A DNA stretch of 64,000 nt, taken from positions 128,001-192,000 of the forward strand of contig CAWVVV010000003.1 in the NCBI GenBank assembly GCA_963933835.1, given 5' to 3'. Position numbers and translations under genes: made by a program. Positions within the stretch are counted from its first letter, which is position 1; every line of letters starts with the position of its first letter. The stretch comes from an uncultured Puniceicoccaceae bacterium (GTDB taxonomy: Bacteria > Verrucomicrobiota > Verrucomicrobiia > Opitutales > Oceanipulchritudinaceae). Below, in pieces: positions 18,877 to 29,093 of this stretch. A model generated the notes under the pieces. It searched no databases and had not been told where the DNA came from. It saw only the letters and a list, made by a program, of their open reading frames with translations.

Positions 18877-19350
18877 ATGAAGGTCAGTCTAAGGAGACGT
18901 CAGATAACCAAGCCTCCACCTGCAGGAATTGAGCTTTCAGAAGCATCGACTGACCGACGGGATTTCAAGCTATCCAACGCGGGGCAAGCAAGCCAGCGAG
19001 TCGCTGAGATTGAAGCGTCGCTTAACGAGACCGATGTCGAAATCACTCTTGAGCAACGTGAGGCGCTCATAAAGCGGCACGAAGCTGAAATAGCGCTCCA
19101 AATCAAAGAGTTGCGTGCCGACCAAGTCGAAATCGAGGAAGCGCAGAAAGCCCTTGCGCCTGATCCGCAGAGTGAGAGTCAGGATTTCAGTGATGAAGAA
19201 CCCGCTTCGATCAGTAAAGAACGGGAAGCCTACATCGAAGCCAGCGAAGAAGCCCTGATCATAAAGGCACAGCAACTGGAAGAACTCGAAACCCACTTGA
19301 AGCAGTGGCAAGAAGAGCTTGAAGCAAGTTCAGAAACAGCATCCGCCTAG
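18877..19350 (+). CDS. Acidic coiled-coil hypothetical protein
   Basis: E/Q/L-rich heptads, REAYIEASEEALI; operonic spacing. Confidence 0.7.
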   Translation: MKVSLRRRQITKPPPAGIELSEASTDRRDFKLSNAGQASQRVAEIEASLNETDVEITLEQREALIKRHEAEIALQIKELRADQVEIEEAQKALAPDPQSESQDFSDEEPASISKEREAYIEASEEALIIKAQQLEELETHLKQWQEELEASSETASA

Positions 19351-19378
19351 GAGCAAGTGTTGATACTTATTCAACCAC

Positions 19379-22219
19379 TCAGCTACGCAAACATCGACCT
19401 GTTACACTCTGTTTGCACTCAAGCATTCCAGCTGGTTCACCAGCGTAAACCAGTTCGCCGCCAGCGTCCCCTCCCCCTGGCCCGAGATCCAGCACCCAGT
19501 CGGCCAAACGTATGATATCTAGGTGGTGCTCAATCACGATGATCGTGTTACCTGCATCGCGCAGTCTGAAGAGTAGATCTAGCAACTTTTGGATGTCGGC
19601 CCAATGCAGGCCCGTCGTTGGCTCATCGAGAATGTAGAGAGTTGAGGTGCCCACCCGCTTTCCGAGCTCTAGCGAAAGCTTCAGGCGCTGAGCTTCACCT
19701 CCACTCAGAGTGTTGGCTGCTTGCCCAAGCTTTAAGTAGCCAAGTCCAACCGACACGAGCGTCTCCAGCCGAGGATGAACCTTTGGGTTATTCGCAAAAA
19801 AGTCGGCTGCCTCCTCGATCGTTAAAGCGAGGACATCGGCGATATTCAGTCCTTTGAATCGAACTTCGAGCGTCTCTCGGTTGTAGCGTGCTCCCTGGCA
19901 GCTCGGGCACTCCGCGTAGACGTCACTCAAAAACTGCATATCGAGCCGGATTTGCCCATCTCCCTGACAACGTTCACACCGACCGCCTCTCATATTAAAA
20001 GAGAATCGACTCGGCTTGTACCCCCGCACCTTGGCGAGGGAGCATTGCGCGTAGAGCTTTCTAAGTTCGTCGAAAAGCTTTGTGTAAGTGGCTGGATTAG
20101 ATCGAGGGCTACGCCCGATCGGTTCCTGGTTCACCCGTATCACTCGCTCAAAGTACTCAAGTCCTTTGATTGCCTTATGTCGTCCAGGAATTGCCTTTGC
20201 GCGCTGAAGCTTAAAAGCTGCAGCCTGTCCCAAAACATCATTCACAAGTGTGCTCTTACCCGATCCACTCACTCCTGACACTGCGACAAAGAGCCCGACA
20301 GGAAATGCCGCATCTATTGTTCTGAGATTATTCTCTGAGGCTCCGATAACATTGAGCCACCTATCCGGCACTTTTGTATCTACATTTTTGGTCAGCTTCG
20401 CTTTCCCTGAAAGATAGATTCCGGTAGGCGACTCGAGGCCCTTCGCAGCGGTTTTAGGACATCCAGAAAAGACCACTTCGCCACCTCTATTACCTGCACC
20501 GGGGCCAATCTCAATGAGATGATCGGCTGCCATAATGATCTGTTCCTCATGCTCAACCACGACGACGGTGTTACCTCGCGACTTAAGATCGATCAGCGTC
20601 TTCAGCAATCGCTCAGCATCGCAGCCATGAAGGCCCACGGTGGGTTCGTCTAGAATGTAGGTGACGCCTACGAGCCCCATTCCTAGCTGTGACGCAAGCC
20701 GGACCCGTTGGCTTTCGCCACCACTCAAGGTATGCGCACTGCGATCAAGGGTTAAATAACCTAAGCCCACTTCGACGAGAAAGTGTAGACGCATGCGCAA
20801 ACCATCGAGAATCTCGCGAGCATGATCACCGAGCTTTGAATCCAATTTTGTCGTATCCAGATTTTGGATCCACTCTAGTGCAGAGGCCAGCGGGCGAGAC
20901 ATAAAAGCGTCAAATGCTTCGCTATTTAAAAGAGCAGCTCGGCTAGGCGCATTGAGTCGCCTGCCGTCACAACCCACGCATGTTTGGCTTACCTGATACG
21001 CCATTAAGCGCGCCCTTAAGCCATCACTGCTTGTTTCTCGGCGCGTATTATCCAAGTCCGCCAGGACACCATCGAACAGGACAGGAACTGGTTTTGCTCG
21101 ACCGGCTTTCAACTTGAAGAGGAACTCCCGGCCTTCGGAACCGTGAAGGACTAGATCGCGGACATCTTCCTCTAAGTCTTCCCAAGAAACGGTTGGATCA
21201 TAAGGAACTTGTTCAGCGAGCTGCTTTAGAATCGCATTGCGCTGGATTATCATGCGCTTGGAACCCAAACGCCACGGCTTAATCGCACCCCTTTTGAGCG
21301 AAAGGACTGGATTCGGAACAACTAGCTCAGGTGCAAACTGCATCGTGAGGCCCACTCCACCGCATGTTTCACAAGCACCCGAAGGATGATTCCACGAAAA
21401 CGACTTCTGGGTAAGCGGGGCGTAGACTGTCCCACAAACCTCACAGCCAAGATCTTGCGTGATGAGAGTTTCGGACCACCCACCATTCCCGTCGTCTACC
21501 AAAAGCTTCGCTTGTTTACCCCCCTCTCGAAATGTCATTTCAAGCGAATCGGTGAGACGCGAACGCTGGTCTTCACGAAGGACGATACGGTCGACAACGA
21601 TCTCTGCGTCGACAGCATCACGACCTTTTAGAATCGTATCCACTTCATCAATACGAGCGATTTCCCCATCGATTCTAAGTCGCTCCCAACCTCTTTGTTG
21701 AAGGTGTTCTAATTCTCCTCGAATTATACTCGGTCTCGCAATTAACCACGGAGCGATGAGCATACATCGGCGACTATGCTGGCCGTGTTCCGAAAGGATC
21801 GACGAAACCCAATCATCAAGCGTTCGCTTTAAAATCCGTCCACCATCTAGCGGGCAGCGTTGTTCTGCGAGCAGACTCCATAGCAGGCGTGCATAGTCTG
21901 CTATTTCCGTGATTGTGCCAACAGTACTCCGAGGGTTGTTGCCCACTGAGTTGTCTTGCTCGACAGCTATGACTGGGCTCAAGCCGTGGATAAAGTCGAC
22001 TTCTGGCCGAGGCAGCTGCTCAAGCAGCTGGCGGGCACTCGTGCTCAAGCTTTCGATGTATTTACGGTAGCCTTCGGCGTATAACGTATCAAAAGCGAGC
22101 GACGACTTTCCACTACCGCTCACTCCACAAATGACGGTCAATGCATCACGAGGAATCCGAAGCTCGATGCCTCTCAAATTGTGAGTTCTTGCCCCTTTTA
22201 TGTGTATCGATGCCGTCAT
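19379..22219 (-). CDS. uvrA: Excinuclease ABC subunit A
   Basis: GARTHNL, two GVSGSGKS Walker A motifs, LSGGE twice, zinc fingers. Confidence 0.97.
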   Translation of the reverse strand: MTASIHIKGARTHNLRGIELRIPRDALTVICGVSGSGKSSLAFDTLYAEGYRKYIESLSTSARQLLEQLPRPEVDFIHGLSPVIAVEQDNSVGNNPRSTVGTITEIADYARLLWSLLAEQRCPLDGGRILKRTLDDWVSSILSEHGQHSRRCMLIAPWLIARPSIIRGELEHLQQRGWERLRIDGEIARIDEVDTILKGRDAVDAEIVVDRIVLREDQRSRLTDSLEMTFREGGKQAKLLVDDGNGGWSETLITQDLGCEVCGTVYAPLTQKSFSWNHPSGACETCGGVGLTMQFAPELVVPNPVLSLKRGAIKPWRLGSKRMIIQRNAILKQLAEQVPYDPTVSWEDLEEDVRDLVLHGSEGREFLFKLKAGRAKPVPVLFDGVLADLDNTRRETSSDGLRARLMAYQVSQTCVGCDGRRLNAPSRAALLNSEAFDAFMSRPLASALEWIQNLDTTKLDSKLGDHAREILDGLRMRLHFLVEVGLGYLTLDRSAHTLSGGESQRVRLASQLGMGLVGVTYILDEPTVGLHGCDAERLLKTLIDLKSRGNTVVVVEHEEQIIMAADHLIEIGPGAGNRGGEVVFSGCPKTAAKGLESPTGIYLSGKAKLTKNVDTKVPDRWLNVIGASENNLRTIDAAFPVGLFVAVSGVSGSGKSTLVNDVLGQAAAFKLQRAKAIPGRHKAIKGLEYFERVIRVNQEPIGRSPRSNPATYTKLFDELRKLYAQCSLAKVRGYKPSRFSFNMRGGRCERCQGDGQIRLDMQFLSDVYAECPSCQGARYNRETLEVRFKGLNIADVLALTIEEAADFFANNPKVHPRLETLVSVGLGYLKLGQAANTLSGGEAQRLKLSLELGKRVGTSTLYILDEPTTGLHWADIQKLLDLLFRLRDAGNTIIVIEHHLDIIRLADWVLDLGPGGGDAGGELVYAGEPAGMLECKQSVTGRCLRS

Positions 22220-22358
22220 CACTCGTTCTCGGAAGCAAGAATCCCCACCCTTCACCCAAAAGCAACGAAACTAGCGCAAAAGAGCGCTGAATAGGTACTC
22301 AGTCTAGAGTTTTTTGTTTGCATTCCAATGGCGCGGGGGATATCACTATAATTGAATT

Positions 22359-22646
22359 ATGAGCGAATCACCTACACTCTACATAAAGTCGGGCTGCCCA
22401 TGGTGCCGAGAGGCAACTTCTTTCTTTTCTCAGCACGGCGTCGCCCTCGATATTCGCGACGTTTTGTCTTCGAAAGCGGACATGCACCGGATGATTGAGA
22501 TCAGTGGCCAGAGCCTAACCCCTACATTTGAGTGGGATGAATTCGTCGTAGCCGACTTCAGTGTCGACGAATTTAAGGACGCGCTTGAGCAAGTTCCCGA
22601 ATACAAGAAACGGCTTGGGCTTGGCGACAAAGAGGACTGGAACTAG
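22359..22646 (+). CDS. Glutaredoxin-family protein
   Basis: CPWC and ISGQSLTP motifs. Confidence 0.85.
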   Translation: MSESPTLYIKSGCPWCREATSFFSQHGVALDIRDVLSSKADMHRMIEISGQSLTPTFEWDEFVVADFSVDEFKDALEQVPEYKKRLGLGDKEDWN

Positions 22647-22699
22647 CCGCCGTATAGAAATACTCAGCTTGGCGACCATTCAGTCTTAAGAGTCGCCCG

Positions 22700-23269
22700 C
22701 TAGTATCCCCTAAGGGCTTTCAGGCTTTCCAAAAACTCCCGCTCAATTTCAAGCATCGGCAACTCACTAAACTGATCGAGTTCGAGATTTTCTTCACCAA
22801 AGCGACTGCTTGTCGTCCACTTAAGGTTTTCGTAAACTGCAAGCATCCCTGGCACCTGTCCGAGACCTTTGCCAACAACACAGTTGAGCACTTCACTCGC
22901 TTCCCTGAGGTAGCCCTCCTGGAAATAGTTCAACGCTAGCGATACGCGGAAATCGATCACACCGGGATATTGTGCGACGAGAGATTCTACCTCGCGGATA
23001 TTTTCGAGTGTACCTTCCTTCCTCAGCCCTCTAAGATAAGTGAACAAGCTCTGCGATGCGGGAAAACCGCGCAGGCTCTCGATACGCTGACGGTCGAGAA
23101 TCTGGTTAATCGTCTCATTGTCACCCACATCGTAGGCGGAGAGTATCCGCTTCGAGTCAGCTTCAGCGACGGTGCCAGGGAAGTGAATAAACTTCTCGTA
23201 GAACCGATTGAGAAACTCCCCGTTGTTCAGCCGCTCTAAATAACCTTCAAGCGTGCGGTAATCTTTCAC
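22700..23269 (-). CDS. Hypothetical helical (TPR-like) protein, possibly 5'-truncated
   Basis: 189-codon ORF; YP..IDFRVSLALNYFQEG..EA TPR-like segment; frame stays open 26 codons upstream of the GTG without another start. Confidence 0.45.
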   Translation of the reverse strand: MKDYRTLEGYLERLNNGEFLNRFYEKFIHFPGTVAEADSKRILSAYDVGDNETINQILDRQRIESLRGFPASQSLFTYLRGLRKEGTLENIREVESLVAQYPGVIDFRVSLALNYFQEGYLREASEVLNCVVGKGLGQVPGMLAVYENLKWTTSSRFGEENLELDQFSELPMLEIEREFLESLKALRGY

Positions 23270-23386
23270 TTCAGCCGAAATGCGGACGCAAAATTCTTCC
23301 TCAACGACGAAGAGAACACTTCGCGGGTCGCGGAGATCCGCGCAAAGCTACTCACTTGAGCAGCAGAGAGATCATTTCTGAAACCA

Positions 23387-23737
23387 AATTGCGTTTTAAA
23401 GCTGAACACGAAGCCTATTCACTCAACACGAAGGACACGAAGTTATCGAAGCTAAGGACTCAATCCTCAGTGCCCGTTCGCGTCACTGCTCGGCCCCCTG
23501 AGACAGGCGGCCCTACCTCTTAGAAAGTGATCAATGGTAGGGACAGCTGTCTTCTACCCAATTGCGTTTTAAAAACTGAGCACGCAGACTACTTACTCAA
23601 CACGAAGGAAACGAAGTTATCGAAGCTAAGGACTCAATCCTCAGTGCCCGTTCGCGCCACTGCTCGGCCCCCTGAGACAGGCGGCCCTACCTCTTAGAAA
23701 GTGATCAATGGTAGGGACAGCTGTCTCAGCTGTCCGC
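23387..23737. repeat. Tandem duplication (about 173-bp period) containing GTAG-type REP-like palindromes
   Basis: 23387-23552 and 23560-23726 nearly identical; contains GGTAGGGACAGCTGTCTCAGCTGTCC and inverted GGCCCCCTGAGACAGGCGGCCCTACC. Confidence 0.9.
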
Positions 23738-23880
23738 TGCGTTCGATTTAGCTTCCACCCCTTATGCTGGGTTTAATAAGCGATCTTGTTTAACATTGAA
23801 ATTCCCTGTTTTTAGGAATCTCCACTGAGGAAGACGTCAGCGCTGGCATGGACCGTCCAAACTCAATCTTTCCGATCCAC

Positions 23881-23913
23881 AAAAAAGCCGACTCGTGAAT
23901 GAATCGGCTTTTT
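23881..23913 (-). terminator. Terminator downstream of tRNA-Cys
   Basis: AAAAAAGCCGA..TCGGCTTTTT hairpin. Confidence 0.75.
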
Positions 23914-23926
23914 GTTAAGAAAAATC

Positions 23927-24001
23927 TGGAGGCGCGGGTCGGAATCGAACCGACGAATAGAGGATTTGCAGTCCCCGGCCTTACCACTTGGCTACCGCGC
24001 C
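23927..24001 (-). tRNA. tRNA-Cys(GCA)
   Basis: GGCGCGGTAGCCAAGTGGTAAGG..CTGCAAA..GGTTCGATTCC..CCA cloverleaf. Confidence 0.96.
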
Positions 24002-24135
24002 TTTTGAAGAAGCGGGAAATTCAGCCAAGCGAACCCTGTCGTCAACCCGAAAGCGGCGACATCAGGCATGGTCTGACGGCTATTCACTGTAATTTCGGTC
24101 TAGACTCACCTCAAGGGCTCTCGATGATCCTTTGA

Positions 24136-24912
24136 ATGACGGCCACAGTATTCACGATCGCTAATCAAAAAGGAGGCGTTGGCAAAACCACCACTGCTAT
24201 CAACATGGCAGCGGCCTTGGCCGACCTCAAGGTGCCTACGCTTGTGATCGACCTCGACCCGCAGGCTAATGCCACAAGCGCTCTGGGCGTTGAGAAACAT
24301 GAAGGAGCCAGCCTCCTCGGCCCGCTCGAAGGCGAGGGAAATGCGAGTGACTTCATCGTCGATACGGGGCGCAAGAACCTCTTCTTGATTCCGGCAGAAG
24401 TCGACCTTGCGACCCTTGAAATCAGACTCAGCCAGCGCGATGGCTATCTCCACGTCCTCAGGGGCGTCATTGCTGAGCTACGAGAAAGTGGTCAGTTCAA
24501 AGCCATTGTCATCGACTGCCCGCCGGCCCTTGGACTCATCTCGATGAATGCCCTCGCGGCGGCAGACTACCTCCTCATCGCTCTCCAGTGCGAATACCTC
24601 GCGCTCGAAGGCTTGGGCCAAATTCTCAAAGTGAAGGATCAGCTGCGCGATACAGGAGTGAACAGTGATCTCGAGCTCGGTGGCATCATCATGACGATGT
24701 TTGATGTGCGGACAAACCTCAGCCGTGAAGTCGTTTCCCAAGTGAAGGAGCATTTCAAGAATGAGATCTTCAAAACCTCCATCCCGCGCACGGTGCGCTT
24801 GAGCGAGGCTCCCAGCTTTGGTCAAACCATCTTTGAGTATGACAAGGGCTCTGCCGGCGCCGCCGCTTACCGAGCGTTGGGCAAAGAAGTCCGTAAACGC
24901 TTCAAGCTCTAG
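24136..24912 (+). CDS. Soj/ParA-family ATPase
   Basis: NQKGGVGKTT, DLDPQANAT, DCPP, QCEYLALEGL and RLSEAPSFG motifs. Confidence 0.93.
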   Translation: MTATVFTIANQKGGVGKTTTAINMAAALADLKVPTLVIDLDPQANATSALGVEKHEGASLLGPLEGEGNASDFIVDTGRKNLFLIPAEVDLATLEIRLSQRDGYLHVLRGVIAELRESGQFKAIVIDCPPALGLISMNALAAADYLLIALQCEYLALEGLGQILKVKDQLRDTGVNSDLELGGIIMTMFDVRTNLSREVVSQVKEHFKNEIFKTSIPRTVRLSEAPSFGQTIFEYDKGSAGAAAYRALGKEVRKRFKL

Positions 24913-24929
24913 CAATCTACCTAGCTCTG

Positions 24930-25631
24930 ATGTCTACTTCGTCACAAAAAACCAACTACACTACGCTCGAAGAGCAACTTGGGCATACTTTTGGGAATCG
25001 CGAGCTTCTCGTTCGCTCACTCACCCACCCATCCTATTGCCACGATCAAAAAACGCCGATTGAGCATAATCAACGGCTAGAGTTTTTGGGGGACGCCATC
25101 CTTGGATTTATCCTCGCTGACGAACTCTTCAGACACCTCCCGAACGAACGCGAAGGCGAGCTAACGCGTAGCCGTTCGGCACTCGCCAAAGGCAAGCAAC
25201 TCTGCGCCCTAGCCCATGAACTTGGACTTAAGGAGTGGATTCGCATGAGTGCTGCTGAAGAGCGGAACGATGGCCGCGAGCGAGATTCCATCTTAGAGGA
25301 CACGCTCGAGGCCGTCATCGGCGCAATCTACCTCGACAGTGATTTAGAGACGACTAAAGGCGTAGTGAATAAATGGATCGGAGACATCGATAAACGCCTT
25401 CGCAAACTCCTTCAGGTCCACAATCCCAAGGGCCAGCTGCAGGAAATTATTCAACCTACGCTAGGCAACACCGCGATCGAATACCAAATCATCGAAGCCG
25501 ACGGACCCGACCACGCCCGCGTCTTCAAAGTAGAGGTTATCATCGAAGGAAAATCCTATGGCTCTGGGAGCGGAAGCTCGAAGAAAGAGGCAGAGGAAAA
25601 CGCTGCCTTCCAAGCCCTGAAACAATTTTAG
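24930..25631 (+). CDS. rnc: Ribonuclease III
   Basis: LTHPS, NQRLEFLGDAIL, EAVIGAIYLD and dsRBD SKKEAE motifs. Confidence 0.96.
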   Translation: MSTSSQKTNYTTLEEQLGHTFGNRELLVRSLTHPSYCHDQKTPIEHNQRLEFLGDAILGFILADELFRHLPNEREGELTRSRSALAKGKQLCALAHELGLKEWIRMSAAEERNDGRERDSILEDTLEAVIGAIYLDSDLETTKGVVNKWIGDIDKRLRKLLQVHNPKGQLQEIIQPTLGNTAIEYQIIEADGPDHARVFKVEVIIEGKSYGSGSGSSKKEAEENAAFQALKQF

Positions 25632-25658
25632 GCGAAGTCATCGCCGCTCGATTCGAAG

Positions 25659-28600
25659 ATGCGTAATGTTCAGCTAGCTGCGGACCGCCCAGCGCAGGTC
25701 ATCAGTGGCATCATCCCGAGTATTCGGGCGGTTGCACTGGAGCAACTAGCGGCAGAGTTTAAAGGCTTTGCCACGATTGTATTGCTCCCTCACTTGCGCG
25801 GAGTCGAAGCGCTGAGCGACGAGCTTGAATCGGCGACAAAGGTGCTCGCGGGGCGCACTCATCCACTCTGTGTCGCGACGCTCCCAAAACCACCAGATCC
25901 TGAAGAGGACCACAGCGGACAGAGCCCAAGTGACCGCGTCCTAGACCGTGCTCCGATCTTTTCTCAACTAAGAGAACGTGCGCGGGAGGATACTTCCTCT
26001 CCGTTGATTATTCTTACAGAGCTGACGGCTGTGCTCGGTTGCGCGCCTCACCCTGAAACTCTAGACGCGCAGTCGATCCGCCTATCGAGCGGTGACAATT
26101 TTGGCTTCGACTCGCTTCGGCAACTCCTCGACGGCGAGTTGGGCTACGACGCCGAAGCGGTCTGCGAATACCCGGGGCAATATGCCGTGCGCGGCGGACT
26201 GATCGATGTCTATCCGCCCAACCTCTCTGCTCCGCTACGGATCGACTTCTTCGGCGATGAGATCGATTCGATCCGCACCTTTGATCCAACAAGTCAGCGC
26301 TCCGAGGACCTCGTTGCGATCGCCACGATCGCCCCCAACTCGCCTCCTGAGACAGAGAACACGGGCAATCATGCGACGATGCTCGACTACCTCGATGGCC
26401 CCATTCACTGGGTCTGGCTCGAGGGCGAGAGGCAGGCGCGCGAAGCCCCGGAACTCTTTCAGCAATTTGAGAACATCGCCGACAAGCGCCCGCATCTCGG
26501 GAAGATCCTCGATCGCTCTCGAGGCCTAAAAGACCACTTCAGTGCTCTCGACTCTTTAGCCCTGAAACCACAATTCTTCCCCGAGGCGACACCATTACTC
26601 GAATGGGATGCGGGAGGGTTCGACCATCTCTGGCGCGATCTATCGCTGGGGCTTGGTCTTGATCGAAGCGCCAAAGAGCTCGCCGTGCGCGAAGGCATCT
26701 ACGCCGAACTCCGCCTGCGCCAAAAAGCTGACGAAGCGCTCATTCTCATCGCGCACAATGAAGCTGAAGCTTCGCGCCTCGAAACACTCATCAAGGAGGA
26801 AGCCGGCAAACCACGCCTTAAAATCGAGTTTCGGATTGGACTCTTTGAGCACGGTTTTCGTCTCGTGCAGACACCGGATGCGCCGATCGACTGGTTTCCG
26901 AAAGGTGCCAAGGCAGTCAACGTTCTGTCCGAGAACGATCTCCTCGGGCGCTCGGCACTTGCTCGCGGCCGGGGCCCGAAGCGCAAGCTGCCGCAGCGCT
27001 CCCAGGTCGACCATTTGCTCGATTTTGCCGAGCTCGCCGAAGGTGACCCACTCGTCCACCTCGCCCACGGCGTCTGCCTCTTTCGCGGTATTTCACGCAT
27101 GGAACTGGGCGATAGCGAAGACGAGGTCATCTCGCTCGAATTCGCAGGTAACATCACTCTACACGTCCCGCTGCACGACAGCCACCTTCTTACCCGCTAT
27201 GTCGGATTAGCTAAGTCCTCACCCAAGCTCGGGAGACTCGGCACGGGCAGCTGGGAGAAAACCCGTGGCGAAGCAGAAAAGGCGACCCTCGACTTTGCAG
27301 CTGAGATGCTCCGCATGCAGGCCGTTCGCCAAGCCGTCGAAGGCATTCCGTTTGGAGAGGATCAGCAGTGGCAGGAACAGTTCGAGGGAGCATTTCCCTA
27401 TGACCTCACACCCGATCAAGCCATCGCGGTGGAAGAGACCAAACTCGACATGCAGGCACCGCGGCCGATGGATCGCCTGATTTGCGGTGATGTCGGATTT
27501 GGAAAAACAGAGGTCGCGATTCGTGCGGCCTTCAAAGCGGTGATGGACGGGAAACAAGTGGCCATCCTCGTCCCGACGACGGTTCTTGCGCAGCAGCACT
27601 ACAACACCTTTCGCAACCGGATGGCGGAGTTCCCTGTCGTCGTCGAAATGCTCAACCGTTTCCGCTCGGCCAAGGAGTCGAAGGTCATCCTCGAACAGAT
27701 GGCCAACGGGGGCATCGATATCGTCATCGGGACACATCGCCTGCTTAGCAAGGACGTCCATTTCGCTGACCTTGGACTCATCGTCGTGGATGAAGAACAC
27801 CGCTTTGGTGTTCGTCATAAGGAGCGCCTCAAACGCCTCCGCACCCACGTCGATATAATGACAATGAGTGCGACACCGATTCCTCGCACACTCTACCTCG
27901 CACTCATGGGCGCTCGTGATCTGAGCACGATCGAAACGCCGCCCTCCAACCGTCGACCGATCGAGACTTTTGTCCGCGGTTATGACGAGGACCTCATTCG
28001 TAAGGCTATTCAGTCCGAAATCGATCGTGGCGGGCAGGTGTTCTACCTGCACAACCGCGTGCAAACGATCGAGGCGGTTGCGGAACGACTCCGCCAATGG
28101 CATCCAGAAGCGAGTATCGCGGTTGGTCACGGGCAGATGGATGAAGCCCGTCTTGAGCAGGTAATGACTGATTTTGTCGCAGCACGGCACGACGTCCTCG
28201 TCTGCACGACGATCATTGAAAACGGCCTCGATATTCCCAATTGTAACACCCTTATCATCGAGGGTGCGGATCGCTTTGGCCTCGCCCAGCTCTACCAGCT
28301 GCGGGGGCGCGTGGGACGCTTCAACCGACAGGCTTACGCCTATCTCTTACTTCACAACCGCACGAGTATTCGCCAGGTTGCGCAAGAGCGGCTGACCGCG
28401 ATGCGGCAGCACAACCAGCTCGGGGCTGGCTTCCAGATTGCAATGCGCGATCTCGAGCTTCGCGGCGCGGGCAACCTTCTCGGTCCACAGCAGAGCGGCC
28501 ACATCGCCGGAGTGGGCTTCGAGCTCTACTGCCAACTCTTACGCCAGAGCGTCGCTCGGCTGAAGGGCGAAGAGAGCGCATCCTATATTCGAGCGGTGGT

Positions 28601-29093
28601 GCAAATTGACTTTGTCAGTGCTGGCGATGGGACGGCGAGCACGCCCAAAGGGCGATCCGTCGACTCGGGGTTTGCCGCGCTCAAGGCCGCTGAGCTCGAT
28701 CAGACGCATGTCAAAACGATCTCCGCATCGATTCCTCAGGCCTACCTTTCTGAGACACAACTCAGGATCGACATTTACCGCCGGCTCGCACTCGCCGAAT
28801 CGACCGTTCAAGTCGACAAAATCGCAGACGAGCTGACCGACCGATTTGGCAAGCCAGTGCGACCCGTCGAAATCCTCCTCCTCGTCACCCGCATCCGCAC
28901 CCTCGCTCAGGAATGCGGCTACGGGCATTTGGAATCGGAGGGGAATCGCCTGAAGATTCGGAGAGCAAGCGGCAAGCGAGACGACTACGTTAAAAACGGA
29001 TCTCGGTTTCCCCGCTTGACCGCAAAAAATCCCCTCCGTAGGTTGCGTGAGATTGAACAATTCCTGCTCCGGAATCGTCCCAAAAGACAGTAA
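25659..29093 (+). CDS. mfd: Transcription-repair coupling factor
   Basis: AVRGGLID, GDVGFGKT, DEEH, SATPIPRT, QLRGRVGR and TRG motif RDLELRGAG. Confidence 0.97.
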   Translation: MRNVQLAADRPAQVISGIIPSIRAVALEQLAAEFKGFATIVLLPHLRGVEALSDELESATKVLAGRTHPLCVATLPKPPDPEEDHSGQSPSDRVLDRAPIFSQLRERAREDTSSPLIILTELTAVLGCAPHPETLDAQSIRLSSGDNFGFDSLRQLLDGELGYDAEAVCEYPGQYAVRGGLIDVYPPNLSAPLRIDFFGDEIDSIRTFDPTSQRSEDLVAIATIAPNSPPETENTGNHATMLDYLDGPIHWVWLEGERQAREAPELFQQFENIADKRPHLGKILDRSRGLKDHFSALDSLALKPQFFPEATPLLEWDAGGFDHLWRDLSLGLGLDRSAKELAVREGIYAELRLRQKADEALILIAHNEAEASRLETLIKEEAGKPRLKIEFRIGLFEHGFRLVQTPDAPIDWFPKGAKAVNVLSENDLLGRSALARGRGPKRKLPQRSQVDHLLDFAELAEGDPLVHLAHGVCLFRGISRMELGDSEDEVISLEFAGNITLHVPLHDSHLLTRYVGLAKSSPKLGRLGTGSWEKTRGEAEKATLDFAAEMLRMQAVRQAVEGIPFGEDQQWQEQFEGAFPYDLTPDQAIAVEETKLDMQAPRPMDRLICGDVGFGKTEVAIRAAFKAVMDGKQVAILVPTTVLAQQHYNTFRNRMAEFPVVVEMLNRFRSAKESKVILEQMANGGIDIVIGTHRLLSKDVHFADLGLIVVDEEHRFGVRHKERLKRLRTHVDIMTMSATPIPRTLYLALMGARDLSTIETPPSNRRPIETFVRGYDEDLIRKAIQSEIDRGGQVFYLHNRVQTIEAVAERLRQWHPEASIAVGHGQMDEARLEQVMTDFVAARHDVLVCTTIIENGLDIPNCNTLIIEGADRFGLAQLYQLRGRVGRFNRQAYAYLLLHNRTSIRQVAQERLTAMRQHNQLGAGFQIAMRDLELRGAGNLLGPQQSGHIAGVGFELYCQLLRQSVARLKGEESASYIRAVVQIDFVSAGDGTASTPKGRSVDSGFAALKAAELDQTHVKTISASIPQAYLSETQLRIDIYRRLALAESTVQVDKIADELTDRFGKPVRPVEILLLVTRIRTLAQECGYGHLESEGNRLKIRRASGKRDDYVKNGSRFPRLTAKNPLRRLREIEQFLLRNRPKRQ

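Noticed and set aside
23387..23737. CRISPR array
   Set aside because: Only two long units, no unique spacers and no cas genes.
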